Source: Candidatus Omnitrophota bacterium | Lineage (GTDB): Bacteria; Omnitrophota; Gorgyraeia; JAHJTE01 | Assembly (NCBI GenBank): GCA_018830005.1 | Contig: JAHJTE010000003.1 | Location: forward strand, 71,674 to 135,673 | Length of the DNA: 64,000 nt | Direction of reading: 5' to 3' | Shown: positions 9,241-21,126 of the stretch, one piece after another | Layout: every line of letters begins with the position of its first letter | Position numbering within the stretch: the stretch's first letter is position 1 | Program-made: the position numbers and the translations under genes | Notes under the pieces: generated by a model | Told to the model about the DNA's origin: nothing | The model's database searches: none | What the model saw: only the letters and a program-made list of their open reading frames with translations

Positions 9241-10104
9241 TTAAGCTAGGCTTAACCCCTTCTTACCCACTGCCTTTATGTAAATTACTAAGGCTGCTAA
9301 TATCATTATAAATAACAACACAGAACTTGCCGCAGAAAGATAGGCATTATTATATTCGGCATATTCCAAATAGGCATAGGTACCCAAGACTTTCAAGTTC
9401 TGCCCCATTAAAATAAATGGCAGTGCAAAAATCCTAAAGGCATCAATACCACGAATAATTACAGCACAGGTTATGTAAGGAGCTAGCAATGGCAGGGTTA
9501 TCTGTCTGAAGATATGTAAACTCCCTGCACCGTCAACGCGTGCCTGTCTGTATAAATCCTTATCTATGGACTGGATGCCAGCTAAAAGTATCAACATTAC
9601 AAGCGGCGTTACCTTCCAACAATCTGCTAAAACAATCATAATCAAACTATTTATGCCGCCCGACATCCAAGAAATAGGTGCCTTTATCAAAGATAAATCC
9701 ATTAGTATCCTATTAATCCAGCCTGAACTTGAAAATATATAACTCATCATAACTGCAACTACAACCGTAGGGATAGCAAGCGGCAGGATAAAAAGCATAC
9801 GCAAGCCCGCTGTTATCTTGGTATTTCTGGATAATATCAGTGCTAAAATTAAACCAAGTGTAATCTCCAGGACCAGGCTTACTCCGGCAATAAATATGGT
9901 ATTGTATAGTGCCTTTCTAAAGCTTGCCTGCTGGATGAGATCTTTATAATTTGAAAGGCTAAATTGATTGCTAAGGGTATCTTTAAAACTTAAGATTAGA
10001 GTACGCCAGATAGGTAAAAACATAAAACATAATAAAAAAATCAGTAAGGGAGAAATAAGTATTATCTCCAAGTACCATCTCTTTATGAATTTTATAAATC
10101 TCAT
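9241..10104 (-). CDS. Carbohydrate ABC permease (MalF-like)
   Basis: WKVTP...LAGIQSI...ARVDGA...ITLPLL. Confidence 0.9.
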   Translation of the reverse strand: MRFIKFIKRWYLEIILISPLLIFLLCFMFLPIWRTLILSFKDTLSNQFSLSNYKDLIQQASFRKALYNTIFIAGVSLVLEITLGLILALILSRNTKITAGLRMLFILPLAIPTVVVAVMMSYIFSSSGWINRILMDLSLIKAPISWMSGGINSLIMIVLADCWKVTPLVMLILLAGIQSIDKDLYRQARVDGAGSLHIFRQITLPLLAPYITCAVIIRGIDAFRIFALPFILMGQNLKVLGTYAYLEYAEYNNAYLSAASSVLLFIMILAALVIYIKAVGKKGLSLA

Positions 10105-10199
10105 CTAATATTATTATGCTCCAGATAATAAAAAAACCAAGCGCAAAACTTGGAAATTATTGTCTATCTGGGTAATCTAAATTTTTTATCGCTAAGTAA

Positions 10200-10493
10200 T
10201 CAAAGGCGACGCTTTAATTCTCTAAATGCACCTAAGGCAAAGAGGGCAAGCCCTAAGGTGTCACCTATTTGATCCTCTAAAAAATCATGGAAATGCGCTT
10301 TTTCACCTAAGATTGGAGTGTGCTCAAGCTGCTTAAATCCATCACTAAAATCCAGGACCGCAGCAAACAAAAGAAACAAAAACCCTATAGAGATTAAGCG
10401 ATAATTTATCGTGCTTATATTCGACTTTAGCCTTGAGGCTAAATAGAAAAAAGCCACTAAAACAACTAGCAGCTTAGTAAAGTCCGGGTTCAT
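10200..10493 (-). CDS. Small 3-TM membrane protein
   Basis: Three hydrophobic helices; ATGA overlap with the upstream gene. Confidence 0.65.
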   Translation of the reverse strand: MNPDFTKLLVVLVAFFYLASRLKSNISTINYRLISIGFLFLLFAAVLDFSDGFKQLEHTPILGEKAHFHDFLEDQIGDTLGLALFALGAFRELKRRL

Positions 10494-10837
10494 TTTTTGA
10501 ATTGCTCTTTGATTTCCGGTCGGTTAAGCAAGACAAAACTTATCAAACCCAGTACTATCGGCACAAGGAGAGGAATTCCTAAGACATTAGCAGCAATCGC
10601 TAATTTTAGACCAAAAGGCCTGCGTCTAACTAGAAATACTGCACTAAATAAATATAGAAGACCGACTATTACTACGTAAATAGAAAAAGGGATCTTTATC
10701 CCAAAAATCGCAACAACATTAGGGCCTAAATAATTAAGAACTGGCAAAAACACAGCTAGAAATGCCCCCCAGACCAAATAACATAATTCTAGTCCAATAA
10801 AAGAAGCGTCCTTTAACAACTCATTAATCTTTTTCAT
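10490..10837 (-). CDS. Small membrane protein of unknown function
   Basis: AGGAGG RBS, hydrophobic, ends LNRPEIKEQF. Confidence 0.65.
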   Translation of the reverse strand: MKKINELLKDASFIGLELCYLVWGAFLAVFLPVLNYLGPNVVAIFGIKIPFSIYVVIVGLLYLFSAVFLVRRRPFGLKLAIAANVLGIPLLVPIVLGLISFVLLNRPEIKEQFKK

Positions 10838-10853
10838 ATTTCCTCCTTAATGA

Positions 10854-10961
10854 GGCCGCAACTTATGGAACACAAGTGAACATAAGTTGTCTGGCCGAAT
10901 TAACCCTGTAGCTTACAGTGAAAATATCAAAGAGATTTTCATTGTGTTTAAGCAAGGGGTA
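10854..10961. repeat. Two adjacent imperfect palindromes (REP-like)
   Basis: ggccgcaacttatg...cataagttgtctggcc, then taaccct...cagtgaaaat...attttcattg...aggggta. Confidence 0.6.
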
Positions 10962-11064
10962 ATAACCTTATTTGATATCTTACCTCTTTTAGGCGAATTT
11001 GACAAGATTAAATAAAATCTTGTTAAAATATATTGACTCTAGCCGTAAAAGAAAAGCTGGAGTC

Positions 11065-12375
11065 CTAACCTGCCCTGCCTCTACGACTGATCCTCTCTTT
11101 TGAAGGATTGAAATAGCCAACCATAATATCAGGAAAATTTATCAAAATTGAATCAATCAGTTCCTTTATACCTGTCATCTTAAAACCGTCTGGGCAAAAT
11201 CCAATCTCCCGTAAATATGCATAAGGATCAATATTCAGGTTCCTCCACTGAATCATATCTATCTTGTAAGTGTTTAAGAAACACTTGAATGCGCTAGACT
11301 CTTTCTCGGAATCAGTAAACCCCGGAATTGTAAGATAATTCAAAGAAACAAAACCTTTCATTCTTTTTGCTATCCTTAGGCTGTGCTTAACATCTTTAAA
11401 TTCATAACCTCTGGGTTTATAGTAACGCTTATAATACTCTTCTTGAACACTATTTATACTTACGCGTATACTATCCAAACCAACATCAAATAAGCTGGCT
11501 ATCTTTCTAGGTTTACTTGCATTAGTATTTAAATTTATTATGCCTTTTGTTGTCTTCTTCCTGATAAGCCTTATTGCGCTCTCGATTGTGTCCGCCACGC
11601 ATAAAGGCTCGCCTTCACAACCCTGACCAAAACTAACAACAGGATCTCTCACATTCTTAATATGAAATGTAGCTATCTCGGCAATCTCTTCTGGTGTGGG
11701 TAGGAATTTTATTCTGGGCTGTGTCACAGGGCAGGCCTTATTGATTTGAAGGGAAATACATCCAAAACACTGGGAATTACAAGTCTGAGAGCTAGGAAGT
11801 GGTGCCTCATAACGAATTAGAAAGAAATTCTTTGCAGCAGGGCAATTATATGTTAATGCGCAATTTTCTAAATGTTTAACTAATCTGTTCCCGGAAAATA
11901 ACTTGGTTAGTTTTTGGATGTTCTTTTTGAGCTTAGATGTTTTCATCAGCCGCTCATCCTGCCGTCTCTCTCTATCTACCCTTACTGCTGTTGTAAAAAA
12001 ATTACCTTTATAGAATGCAACAGGCGCATAGGCAAAAAGAGGCAAGGGTTTAGGGTTGCCTATCTGTCTGTAAGCGCTATTATAAGTTAAGGTATATCCA
12101 GGTGGCAGGAAAGCGCTAACCGCAAAACATCTCTTGTTTGTTTTTGAAAAAGGATTTGAGGCTATGGTGATAAAGCCTCTTTCCTCTCTTGCATAGCCAA
12201 CAGCTAATCTCTGCGGCAACATAAATAACCTGCTACCAAAGGGGAGCCTTATCCAGTCTTTGGCAGTTAATCTGAAAAACACACCTGCCTTCATACCGCA
12301 GGCCTCAATATCAAAAAGCTCAGAGACCTTGCCTTTTTTATCACTTATGAGTAACTGAGGATAAGCTCCTATCAT
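11065..12375 (-). CDS. Radical SAM protein of unassigned function
   Basis: CNSQCFGC (CxxxCxxC), SFGQGCEGEP, NLNTN, SIRVSINS. Confidence 0.88.
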   Translation of the reverse strand: MIGAYPQLLISDKKGKVSELFDIEACGMKAGVFFRLTAKDWIRLPFGSRLFMLPQRLAVGYAREERGFITIASNPFSKTNKRCFAVSAFLPPGYTLTYNSAYRQIGNPKPLPLFAYAPVAFYKGNFFTTAVRVDRERRQDERLMKTSKLKKNIQKLTKLFSGNRLVKHLENCALTYNCPAAKNFFLIRYEAPLPSSQTCNSQCFGCISLQINKACPVTQPRIKFLPTPEEIAEIATFHIKNVRDPVVSFGQGCEGEPLCVADTIESAIRLIRKKTTKGIINLNTNASKPRKIASLFDVGLDSIRVSINSVQEEYYKRYYKPRGYEFKDVKHSLRIAKRMKGFVSLNYLTIPGFTDSEKESSAFKCFLNTYKIDMIQWRNLNIDPYAYLREIGFCPDGFKMTGIKELIDSILINFPDIMVGYFNPSKERISRRGRAG

Positions 12376-12394
12376 GACCTATCTATTTTAGCGT

Positions 12395-12434
12395 AAAAAA
12401 AATACCCTTTGCAATAAATATATCACAAAGGGCT
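12395..12434 (-). terminator. Intrinsic terminator after rlpA
   Basis: Stem ccctttgcaata...tatcacaaaggg with an adjacent A-run on + (U-tract on -). Confidence 0.7.
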
Positions 12435-12462
12435 ATAGTTATGTAATTTAATTATTATATTT

Positions 12463-12912
12463 TTAGATATTCTTGGGTAATACCGTTATCTCTACCTTGG
12501 TTATGCCTTTTCTTACCATCCTAAGCTCACAAGCTGCTGCTAGCGACAAATCAATTATTCTCCCCTTTATATATGGGCCGCGGTCGTTTATCCTTACAAT
12601 AACCTCCCTGTTATTGCTTAGATTCTTAACCTTAACAATACTGCCCAGGGGTAAGCTAGGATGTGCAGCCGTTAATCCATACATATTATATCTTTCCCCA
12701 GCTGCTGTCTTTCTTCCATGGAATCTCTTTCCATACCAAGATGCTATCCCAACCTGAAAGCTGGACCTGAAAGAGGAACCTGTATTTGCAAAGCAATGCT
12801 CTCCTCTAACAGTCCTGATCGAGTAAATAAAGACAGTGCATAGGGTACAAACTAATAAAAAAATAATCCTTCTCTTATTGAAAAAACGTTTTCTTGATCT
12901 ATTTGGCTTCAT
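12463..12912 (-). CDS. rlpA: RlpA-family DPBB lytic transglycosylase (no SPOR domain)
   Basis: GIASWYG...[10 protein letters not shown]...VRINDRGPY...IIDLS. Confidence 0.92.
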   Translation of the reverse strand: MKPNRSRKRFFNKRRIIFLLVCTLCTVFIYSIRTVRGEHCFANTGSSFRSSFQVGIASWYGKRFHGRKTAAGERYNMYGLTAAHPSLPLGSIVKVKNLSNNREVIVRINDRGPYIKGRIIDLSLAAACELRMVRKGITKVEITVLPKNI

Positions 12913-13093
12913 AAAAAGATGATAATTCGTCCTAATCAGTACTAATTTTGTGGGAATTTAATTTGACTCTAAAGCGCTCCTTTATGAGGATAACAACAGG
13001 TAAGAATCTAAAATATACTACATATAAGGGGATTTGTCAAGGCTTTTTTAAAAGTTTTAAAAAGAAAATATAAAGTTAAGTGGGTAAGAAATA

Positions 13094-13687
13094 TCAGCGG
13101 GAAATAACAAAAATCGCATTTAAGGCAAAAAGGTTAGGCCAGAAACGAACAATCCTATCTTGGGCTAGATAATAGGCGTTGACAATCTTTATATCCTCCT
13201 CATTACAAAAGGCCTTGAAGTCACTTATGCTTAAGAAATGCAAATTCGGTGTATTATACCAGCGGTAAGGCAAAGAGCTGGTTACAGGGGTTTTACCCTG
13301 AAAAAACACCATAGCCCTTGCCTTAATATAAGCAAAATTAGGAAAACCTACTATTGCCTTCTTACCTACGCGTAAGGCCTCCTGGATAACAAATTCAGCT
13401 CTTTTAGCCTCCTGCATAGTCTGATTCAAAATTACGTAATCAAATGATCTGTCTGGATATTCGCTTAGGCCGCTGTCAATATCAGTATGGAATACGCTTA
13501 GACCTTTTTCCACGCATCTGTAGATAGCCTCTTCGCTCAATTCTACGCCTTGAGCCCTGACCTTTTTGCCCTGGGATAAAGAATAGATAAGCTCGCCGTT
13601 ACCGCAGCCTAAATCCAAGACCTTTGATTCTGGCTCAATAATGCTGTAAATGATTTTATTGTCTAAACGCTTTGGCCTATCTTGCAT
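13094..13687 (-). CDS. metW: Methionine biosynthesis protein MetW
   Basis: VLDLGCGNG, WYNTPNLHF; follows metX. Confidence 0.92.
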   Translation of the reverse strand: MQDRPKRLDNKIIYSIIEPESKVLDLGCGNGELIYSLSQGKKVRAQGVELSEEAIYRCVEKGLSVFHTDIDSGLSEYPDRSFDYVILNQTMQEAKRAEFVIQEALRVGKKAIVGFPNFAYIKARAMVFFQGKTPVTSSLPYRWYNTPNLHFLSISDFKAFCNEEDIKIVNAYYLAQDRIVRFWPNLFALNAIFVISR

Positions 13688-13696
13688 AATTATCCC

Positions 13697-14830
13697 CTAA
13701 GATCTAAATATATTGCCTAAGAAATGCCTAATAAGATGGGTCTGCTCTTCTGCCTCTATTAAAAATGCGTCATGTCCATAAGTCGATTTTATCTCGCAAT
13801 AAGAAGCATTCAGGCCTTTTATCTTCAGGAGACGCACGATCTCCTGTGATTGATAAGCTGGATAGAGCCAATCTGATTTAAAGGCTATAACCAGAAAATG
13901 AGTATTAATAACTCTGTTGCCGGGGATAAGTTTATCGCCCGATAAATCAAAATAATCCATGGCCTTGGTGATGTAAAGATAAGAATTGGCATCAAAACGC
14001 TTAACAAAATTATCTCCTCTGTATCTAAGATAGCCTTCGACCTCAAAATCAGTGCTGAATTTAGAGCTGTAATTCTTATCTTTTAGTTTTCTGGAGAATT
14101 TGGCCTCCATGGACTGGTCACTCATATAGGTGATATGGCCGATCATACGCGCCACTGCCAGGCCTTTTTCCGGCTGGCCGAATTTATAGTAATTGCCTTC
14201 TTTCCAGGCAGGATCAGCCATAACTGCTTGTCTGCCTACTTCGTCAAAGGCTATCTGCTGAGGCGAATGCTTTAGGGCACTAGCAATAGGTATACAAGTA
14301 CGTACTCTCTCTGGATATGAGGCAACCCACTGTAGGGCTTGCATGCCGCCCATTGAGCCTCCCACCACACAGAGTAGTTGTTCAATTCCCAAATGATCTA
14401 TTAAAAATTTCTGAGTATTAACCATGTCAGCAATGGTAATTATGGGAAAATCTAAGGCATAAGGCTGGCCTGTCTTAGGATCAACAGAAGACGGACCCGT
14501 GCTTCCTTTGCAGCCTCCGATTAAATTAGAGCAAATGATAAAATACTTTCTTGTATCAAACGCCTTGCCTGGCCCAATCATAAAATCCCACCAGCCTGGT
14601 CTTTCTTCGTTCTCATGAAAACCAGCTGCATGCGCATCTCCGCTTAAGGCATGCAGGATAAGAACGGCATTGCTCTTATCCTTATTAAGCTGGCCATACG
14701 TCTCATAGGCAAGTGTAATAGGACCAAGTTTCTGGCCAGACTCAAGAAGTAATTCATTAGGCGCTTGGGCAAAAGTAAAATACTTAGTCTCTACAATTCC
14801 TATACTGTCTGAACGAATTTTCTTTTCCAT
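13697..14830 (-). CDS. metX: Homoserine O-acetyltransferase
   Basis: [14 protein letters not shown] nucleophile elbow, DWLYP, GHDAFL; start moved to MEKKIR (14830). Confidence 0.93.
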   Translation of the reverse strand: MEKKIRSDSIGIVETKYFTFAQAPNELLLESGQKLGPITLAYETYGQLNKDKSNAVLILHALSGDAHAAGFHENEERPGWWDFMIGPGKAFDTRKYFIICSNLIGGCKGSTGPSSVDPKTGQPYALDFPIITIADMVNTQKFLIDHLGIEQLLCVVGGSMGGMQALQWVASYPERVRTCIPIASALKHSPQQIAFDEVGRQAVMADPAWKEGNYYKFGQPEKGLAVARMIGHITYMSDQSMEAKFSRKLKDKNYSSKFSTDFEVEGYLRYRGDNFVKRFDANSYLYITKAMDYFDLSGDKLIPGNRVINTHFLVIAFKSDWLYPAYQSQEIVRLLKIKGLNASYCEIKSTYGHDAFLIEAEEQTHLIRHFLGNIFRS

Positions 14831-14832
14831 TA

Positions 14833-15762
14833 TTATTGACTTTGAAATAACCAGGTAGAGAGATATCTCTCTCCTGTATCCGGTAAAACAACAACAATAG
14901 TTTTTCCTTGTGATTCTTTTCTCTTGGCAACCTCTAGAGCAACCCACATTGCTGCACCGCTTGATATCCCGACAAAGATTCCCTCTTTCTCTGCAAGCTG
15001 CCTGGCCACCTCACCTGCCTCCTTATCTGATACAAGCATAATCTCATCAATCGCATCTCTGTTTAATACTTGGGGAACAAATCCTGCCCCAATACCTTGA
15101 ATCTTATGAGACCCGGATTTACCCCCAGAAATCACAGGAGAATCTTTAGGTTCTAAGGCTATAATCTTTACAGAAGGCTTTCTCTTTTTTAATTCTTCGC
15201 CTACGCCGGTTATAGTACCTCCTGTGCCTATACCTGCAATAAAGATATCGACCTTGCCGTCTGTATCATTCCATATCTCTTGCGCTGTGGTCTTGCGATG
15301 AATTTGAGGATTAGCAGCATTATTAAATTGCTGCGGCATAAAACTGTTGGGTGTTTTATCCAAAAGCTCCCCTGCCTTCTCAACAGCGCCTTTCATGCCT
15401 TTAGCGCCTTCAGTAAGAACTAACTCTGCTCCAAAAATCTTCAATAACTGTCTCCTCTCTATGCTCATTGTCTCAGGCATTGTTAATATTAGCTTATAAC
15501 CTCTTGCAGCGCACACAAAGGCCAAGGCTATACCTGTATTACCGCTTGTTGGCTCAATAATCACAGAGTCCTTATTCAAAAGGCCATCGCGCTCTGCTGC
15601 ATCTATCATGGCAACGCCAATTCTGTCTTTTACACTGGAAAGGGGATTAAAAGACTCTAACTTTGCCAATATGGTTGCCTTTGATCCTTCTGTTAGCCTA
15701 TTTATTTTAACCAATGGGGTATTACCTACTGTCTCGGTTATATCATTAAAAATCTTAAGCAT
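14833..15762 (-). CDS. cysK: Cysteine synthase A
   Basis: [11 protein letters not shown] (PLP Lys), [27 protein letters not shown]. Confidence 0.95.
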   Translation of the reverse strand: MLKIFNDITETVGNTPLVKINRLTEGSKATILAKLESFNPLSSVKDRIGVAMIDAAERDGLLNKDSVIIEPTSGNTGIALAFVCAARGYKLILTMPETMSIERRQLLKIFGAELVLTEGAKGMKGAVEKAGELLDKTPNSFMPQQFNNAANPQIHRKTTAQEIWNDTDGKVDIFIAGIGTGGTITGVGEELKKRKPSVKIIALEPKDSPVISGGKSGSHKIQGIGAGFVPQVLNRDAIDEIMLVSDKEAGEVARQLAEKEGIFVGISSGAAMWVALEVAKRKESQGKTIVVVLPDTGERYLSTWLFQSQ

Positions 15763-15827
15763 AACCACCTCTTCTGCTAAAAAATTATATTCAAAAATTG
15801 TAGCATAAATCTTTAAAAAAGAGAAGC

Positions 15828-17144
<1,317 letters not shown>

Positions 17145-17150
17145 CTAGAT

Positions 17151-17573
17151 TCAGATGTAATAAGTTACTGATTCGTTTTTAATCTTGGCTACTAATGTAT
17201 CAAATGTTAGCCCTTCTAACTTCTGAATCAATTGAGAATTCAAATCATTCCAAATACTATTGATCAGCGTTTGCGCCTTGCTACTTTTCACATTGCCTTT
17301 GACTGCTAAGATGTTGTCGTCAACAGCCCTGAAAACATCAGCTAAACTGATTTGAGAAGGGGCTTTAAGCAAGAGATACCCTCCTGCTATTCCCCTGACA
17401 CTGTTTACCAGACCAGAATTTTTGAGGCGAATCATTATCTGCACCAAAAATTGTTTAGGAATATACTGACGTTTTGATATATCATTTAGCTGAACTGGCC
17501 TATGGTGCTGATAATGCAAAGCTAGCTCTATAACAGCCTTACATGCATATTCTATTTTCGCTGAAAGTCTCAT
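17151..17573 (-). CDS. Rrf2-family regulator (CymR-like, lacking Fe-S cysteines)
   Basis: SVRGIAGGYLL, ISLADVFRAVD; heads a Cys/Met operon. Confidence 0.88.
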   Translation of the reverse strand: MRLSAKIEYACKAVIELALHYQHHRPVQLNDISKRQYIPKQFLVQIMIRLKNSGLVNSVRGIAGGYLLLKAPSQISLADVFRAVDDNILAVKGNVKSSKAQTLINSIWNDLNSQLIQKLEGLTFDTLVAKIKNESVTYYI

Positions 17574-17668
17574 TGTAAATATTCTAAAACTGGATATCCT
17601 ACTAACTTGATTATAATGATAAAGTATACCTTAAAAAAATATATTGTCAAGTCTTTTTTATTATTAAC

Positions 17669-18082
17669 TTATTCTTCGCTTATAAACTGTTCTACCCTCT
17701 CTTTTATAATATCCCTTGTGTTTCTAAACGCCGAAAGTCTTTCCTTGCCAGTTCTGCCAACAAAAACAGGGTCTTCTATACTCCAATGGATCTTCTTGTG
17801 CTTACCCTGAAATACAGGGCAAACCTGCTTTGCGTTATCGCAAACAGTTATCACGTAATCAAAGCTCTGTTTCAAAAACTCCTTGATTGACTTTGAGTAT
17901 TGTCCGGATATATCAACTCCAGCTTCCTGCATGACCTTGATTGTCAAAGCATGTATGTAGGCAGGTCTAAGACCTGCGCTTGAGACTTCGAATCTATCAG
18001 CAGCCCTTGCCCTTAGGAAACCTTCTGCTATCTGGCTGCGGCAAGAATTTCCCGTACACAAGAATAATACCTTTTTCTTCAA
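17669..18082 (-). CDS. arsC: Arsenate reductase / LMW-PTP family
   Basis: CTGNSCRSQ P-loop, ITVCDNA..CP, HWSIEDP; TTG start. Confidence 0.88.
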   Translation of the reverse strand: MKKKVLFLCTGNSCRSQIAEGFLRARAADRFEVSSAGLRPAYIHALTIKVMQEAGVDISGQYSKSIKEFLKQSFDYVITVCDNAKQVCPVFQGKHKKIHWSIEDPVFVGRTGKERLSAFRNTRDIIKERVEQFISEE

Positions 18083-18083
18083 A

Positions 18084-21000
18084 TTACTCCTTTTTCTCCT
18101 GTTTTTTCTCAGCCACTACTTTTTGAGCTACCTCCGCAGGCACTTGTTCGTACTTCTTAAAATGCATGGAGCAGTTGGCGCGGCCAGAACTTAAAGACCT
18201 GAAGACACTTGCATAGCCAAACATCTCTGCTAAGGGAGCCTCGGCATATATAACCTTCTGATTTGCCTTTGCCTCGATATTTATAATTTTGCCTCTTCGC
18301 TGGCAGATATTTCCCACAAGACTATTTATGTATTCTTCAGGAGAAGTCACTTCAAGTGACATATAGGGCTCTAATAACACGGGCCTGGCTTTCGTAAACG
18401 CATCTTTAAACCCGCCGATAGCTGCCTGTTTAAATGCAATTTCCGAAGAATCCACCTCATGGAATGAGCCATCTAATAGATTTACTTTCACATCTACGAC
18501 AGGATAACCAGCAACTATACCTTTAATCATAGCTTCTTTAACGCCCTTTTCTACAGCCGGAATAAATGACTTGGGGATTGCACCGCCTCTAATGCTATCT
18601 ATAAATTCTAGCCCCTTACCTAATTCTGCGGGAGAAATATCCATAACCACATGACCATATTGGCCTCTACCTCCTGTCTGCTTAACATGTTTATACTCTC
18701 CAGTTGCCTTATCAGTTATGGTTTCCTTATAAGCTACCTTTGGCTTGCCTACAACCGCATCCACGCTAAATTCATTTTTTAATCTGTCTACGATAACCTC
18801 AAGGTGTAATTCTCCCATTCCAGTGAGGAGCGTCTCTTTGGTCTCCATATCAGATCGAACAACAAAAGTAGGATCTTCTTCTGATAATCTTGCTAATGCC
18901 TTTCCAAGCCTGTCTTGATCCTGGCGGGTCTTAGGAGAAATACTAAGGGAAATTACTGGCTCAGCAAATTCCATCCTCTCAAGCACAATAGGGCTATCAA
19001 TATCACAGAGGGTATCGCCAGTTATTGTCTTATCTAGGCCAACTAAGGCCACAATATCTCCTGCAAACGCGTTATCTACATTTTTTCTCTGATTAGCATG
19101 CATTTCCAAAATCCTGCTAATCCTTTCCTTTTTATCTTTGGTTACATTAAGTACGTATGAGCCAGACTCAAGTACTCCGGAATAAAGCCTTACAAAAATT
19201 AGCTTTCCAACATGAGGATCAGACTGTATCTTAAATGCAAGTGCACAGAACGGTTCTTTATAGTCAGCTTTTCTCTGAATAATCTTTTCAGGATCTTGGG
19301 GATCATTACCGGAAATCGCAGGTAAGTCTATAGGGGCTGGCAAAAAATCAATTACTGCATCAAGAAGCCTTTGCACGCCTTTGTTTTTTAAAGCTGAACC
19401 GCACAAAACAGGCACCAGCTTATTAAGAATTGTACCTTTGCGAATGGCCTTGCGTAGCTCCTCTTGCGTCAAAGAGTCTTCGGATTCTAAATATTTTTTC
19501 ATTAATGCATCATCAAACGCAACCGCCTTCTCAATCAACATGTGGCGGTATTTTTTTGCCACTTCTTTATGCTCTTGGGGAATATCCTCTGACTTGAAAT
19601 CCTTACCCTTTGATGCTTCGTCATAGTAATAGGCCTTCATCTCTAAAAGATCAATAACACCTTTAAAATCGCCTTCAGCGCCTATTGGTATTGTAAGGGC
19701 CACAACATTATCCGTAAGAATCTTCTTAATACTTTCATAAACCTTAAAATAGTCAGCACCAATACGGTCCATTTTATTTATAAAAACAATCTTGGGTACA
19801 TTGTATTTATCTGATTGGTGCCAGACAGTCTCAGACTGGCTTTCTACGCCGCCCACAGCACAAAATACTGCCACTGCCCCATCCAGAATGCGCAAACTCC
19901 TTTCAACCTCTACTGTAAAATCTACATGGCCAGGAGTATCGATAATACTTATGCGCTTTTCCTGCCAATAACAGTTGGTTGCCGCAGAAGTAATAGTAAT
20001 CCCTCTCTCTTGTTCCTGCTTCATCCAGTCCATCTGCGCATTACCATCATGGACTTCGCCAATCTTATGGGTTCTGCCTGTATAGAATAATATCCTCTCT
20101 GTAAGAGTAGTTTTTCCAGCATCGATGTGTGCCATAATGCCGATGTTTCTCACATCGCCTAAACTGACTTTGGGAGAAACCTGGATTTCTTTCTTTGGTT
20201 TTTGCTCTGGTTCCTTGACCTCTGCAGACTCCTGCTCTTTGGCCTCTTCTTTTTTCTCTTCAACAACTGGTTCAGGTTGTTTTGGCTCTTCTTTTTCAGG
20301 TGGTACTTCTTTTTTTATTTCTTCTTTGGCTGGAACTTGCTCTTTGCTAACAACCTCAACCGAATCTTGCACTACCGCCTGCTGCTTTTTCTCCTGAACT
20401 GTCGAGTCTCTTAATTTCTCCATAAGCTTAACTCTCTCGGTGTTAACAGACTGCAGTTGCTTCTCGATCAATTCCAATTCACTCTCAAGTTGGGTATATT
20501 CTTCATTGAGTCTTTCAAAATCCTTTTTTGAAACCCACTCACTTTCCTGCTGTTTCTTTTTTAATACCGAAGCTGTATCTGCATGGGCCTTTGACTCCTG
20601 GGTGAGTCTTTCGATTTTAAACTTAAGCCTTAGATTATCCTTGGATATCCTCTTATTCTCATCCTCAGATAGTTTAATTTTATCTTCTAAGAGCATCCGC
20701 TCTCTTTTAAGCTCCTCATTCTTGTTAAACGCCTCTAGCAATTCCTTCTCTTTATCTTTTAATTTATTAATAACCTCAAAGCTTTTCTCTCTGGCCTTGC
20801 TTAAATCCTCATCGCTTCTTTCTGTCCACTCTTGTCTTTTCGCTAACCTCTCATTTAAGTCCTTTTTCTCTGCTATGGCTACAGCAAGCTCTAGTCTTGC
20901 CTTGTCAAAATCCTGTTTTGATTCCTGCAAGGCATTGCTCAAAGAGGCCATCTCCTCTTGCAACTTTAATATACTCTCGCCCTTAGAATCTAGTTCTGGC

Positions 21001-21119
21001 AGTTTAGCATAATCTGAGATTCTAGCCTTTTTCTTCGAACCTTTATCGCCTCCTAGCAATAGGCCGTAGGCAACAAGGGCAACGCCGGCAAAAACTAATG
21101 CTCCAATTAGTATAACCAT
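18084..21119 (-). CDS. fusA: Elongation factor G paralogue with an N-terminal extension of about 315 aa (TM helix, coiled coil, Glu/Lys/Pro linker)
   Basis: The C-terminal part (about 695 aa) carries [40 protein letters not shown] and GSFHEVDSS; it is one uninterrupted ORF with the N-terminal extension. Confidence 0.93.
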   Translation of the reverse strand: MVILIGALVFAGVALVAYGLLLGGDKGSKKKARISDYAKLPELDSKGESILKLQEEMASLSNALQESKQDFDKARLELAVAIAEKKDLNERLAKRQEWTERSDEDLSKAREKSFEVINKLKDKEKELLEAFNKNEELKRERMLLEDKIKLSEDENKRISKDNLRLKFKIERLTQESKAHADTASVLKKKQQESEWVSKKDFERLNEEYTQLESELELIEKQLQSVNTERVKLMEKLRDSTVQEKKQQAVVQDSVEVVSKEQVPAKEEIKKEVPPEKEEPKQPEPVVEEKKEEAKEQESAEVKEPEQKPKKEIQVSPKVSLGDVRNIGIMAHIDAGKTTLTERILFYTGRTHKIGEVHDGNAQMDWMKQEQERGITITSAATNCYWQEKRISIIDTPGHVDFTVEVERSLRILDGAVAVFCAVGGVESQSETVWHQSDKYNVPKIVFINKMDRIGADYFKVYESIKKILTDNVVALTIPIGAEGDFKGVIDLLEMKAYYYDEASKGKDFKSEDIPQEHKEVAKKYRHMLIEKAVAFDDALMKKYLESEDSLTQEELRKAIRKGTILNKLVPVLCGSALKNKGVQRLLDAVIDFLPAPIDLPAISGNDPQDPEKIIQRKADYKEPFCALAFKIQSDPHVGKLIFVRLYSGVLESGSYVLNVTKDKKERISRILEMHANQRKNVDNAFAGDIVALVGLDKTITGDTLCDIDSPIVLERMEFAEPVISLSISPKTRQDQDRLGKALARLSEEDPTFVVRSDMETKETLLTGMGELHLEVIVDRLKNEFSVDAVVGKPKVAYKETITDKATGEYKHVKQTGGRGQYGHVVMDISPAELGKGLEFIDSIRGGAIPKSFIPAVEKGVKEAMIKGIVAGYPVVDVKVNLLDGSFHEVDSSEIAFKQAAIGGFKDAFTKARPVLLEPYMSLEVTSPEEYINSLVGNICQRRGKIINIEAKANQKVIYAEAPLAEMFGYASVFRSLSSGRANCSMHFKKYEQVPAEVAQKVVAEKKQEKKE

Positions 21120-21126
21120 GCTGCTC

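Noticed and set aside
13697-15762. MetX acting as serine acetyltransferase because cysE is absent from the operon
   Set aside because: The HALSG motif and metW/metY context fit the homoserine-specific type; cysE may lie elsewhere.
17605-17625. Imperfect palindrome upstream of the Rrf2 gene (acttgattataatgataaagt)
   Set aside because: Plausible operator but AT-rich and weak; cannot be distinguished from chance.
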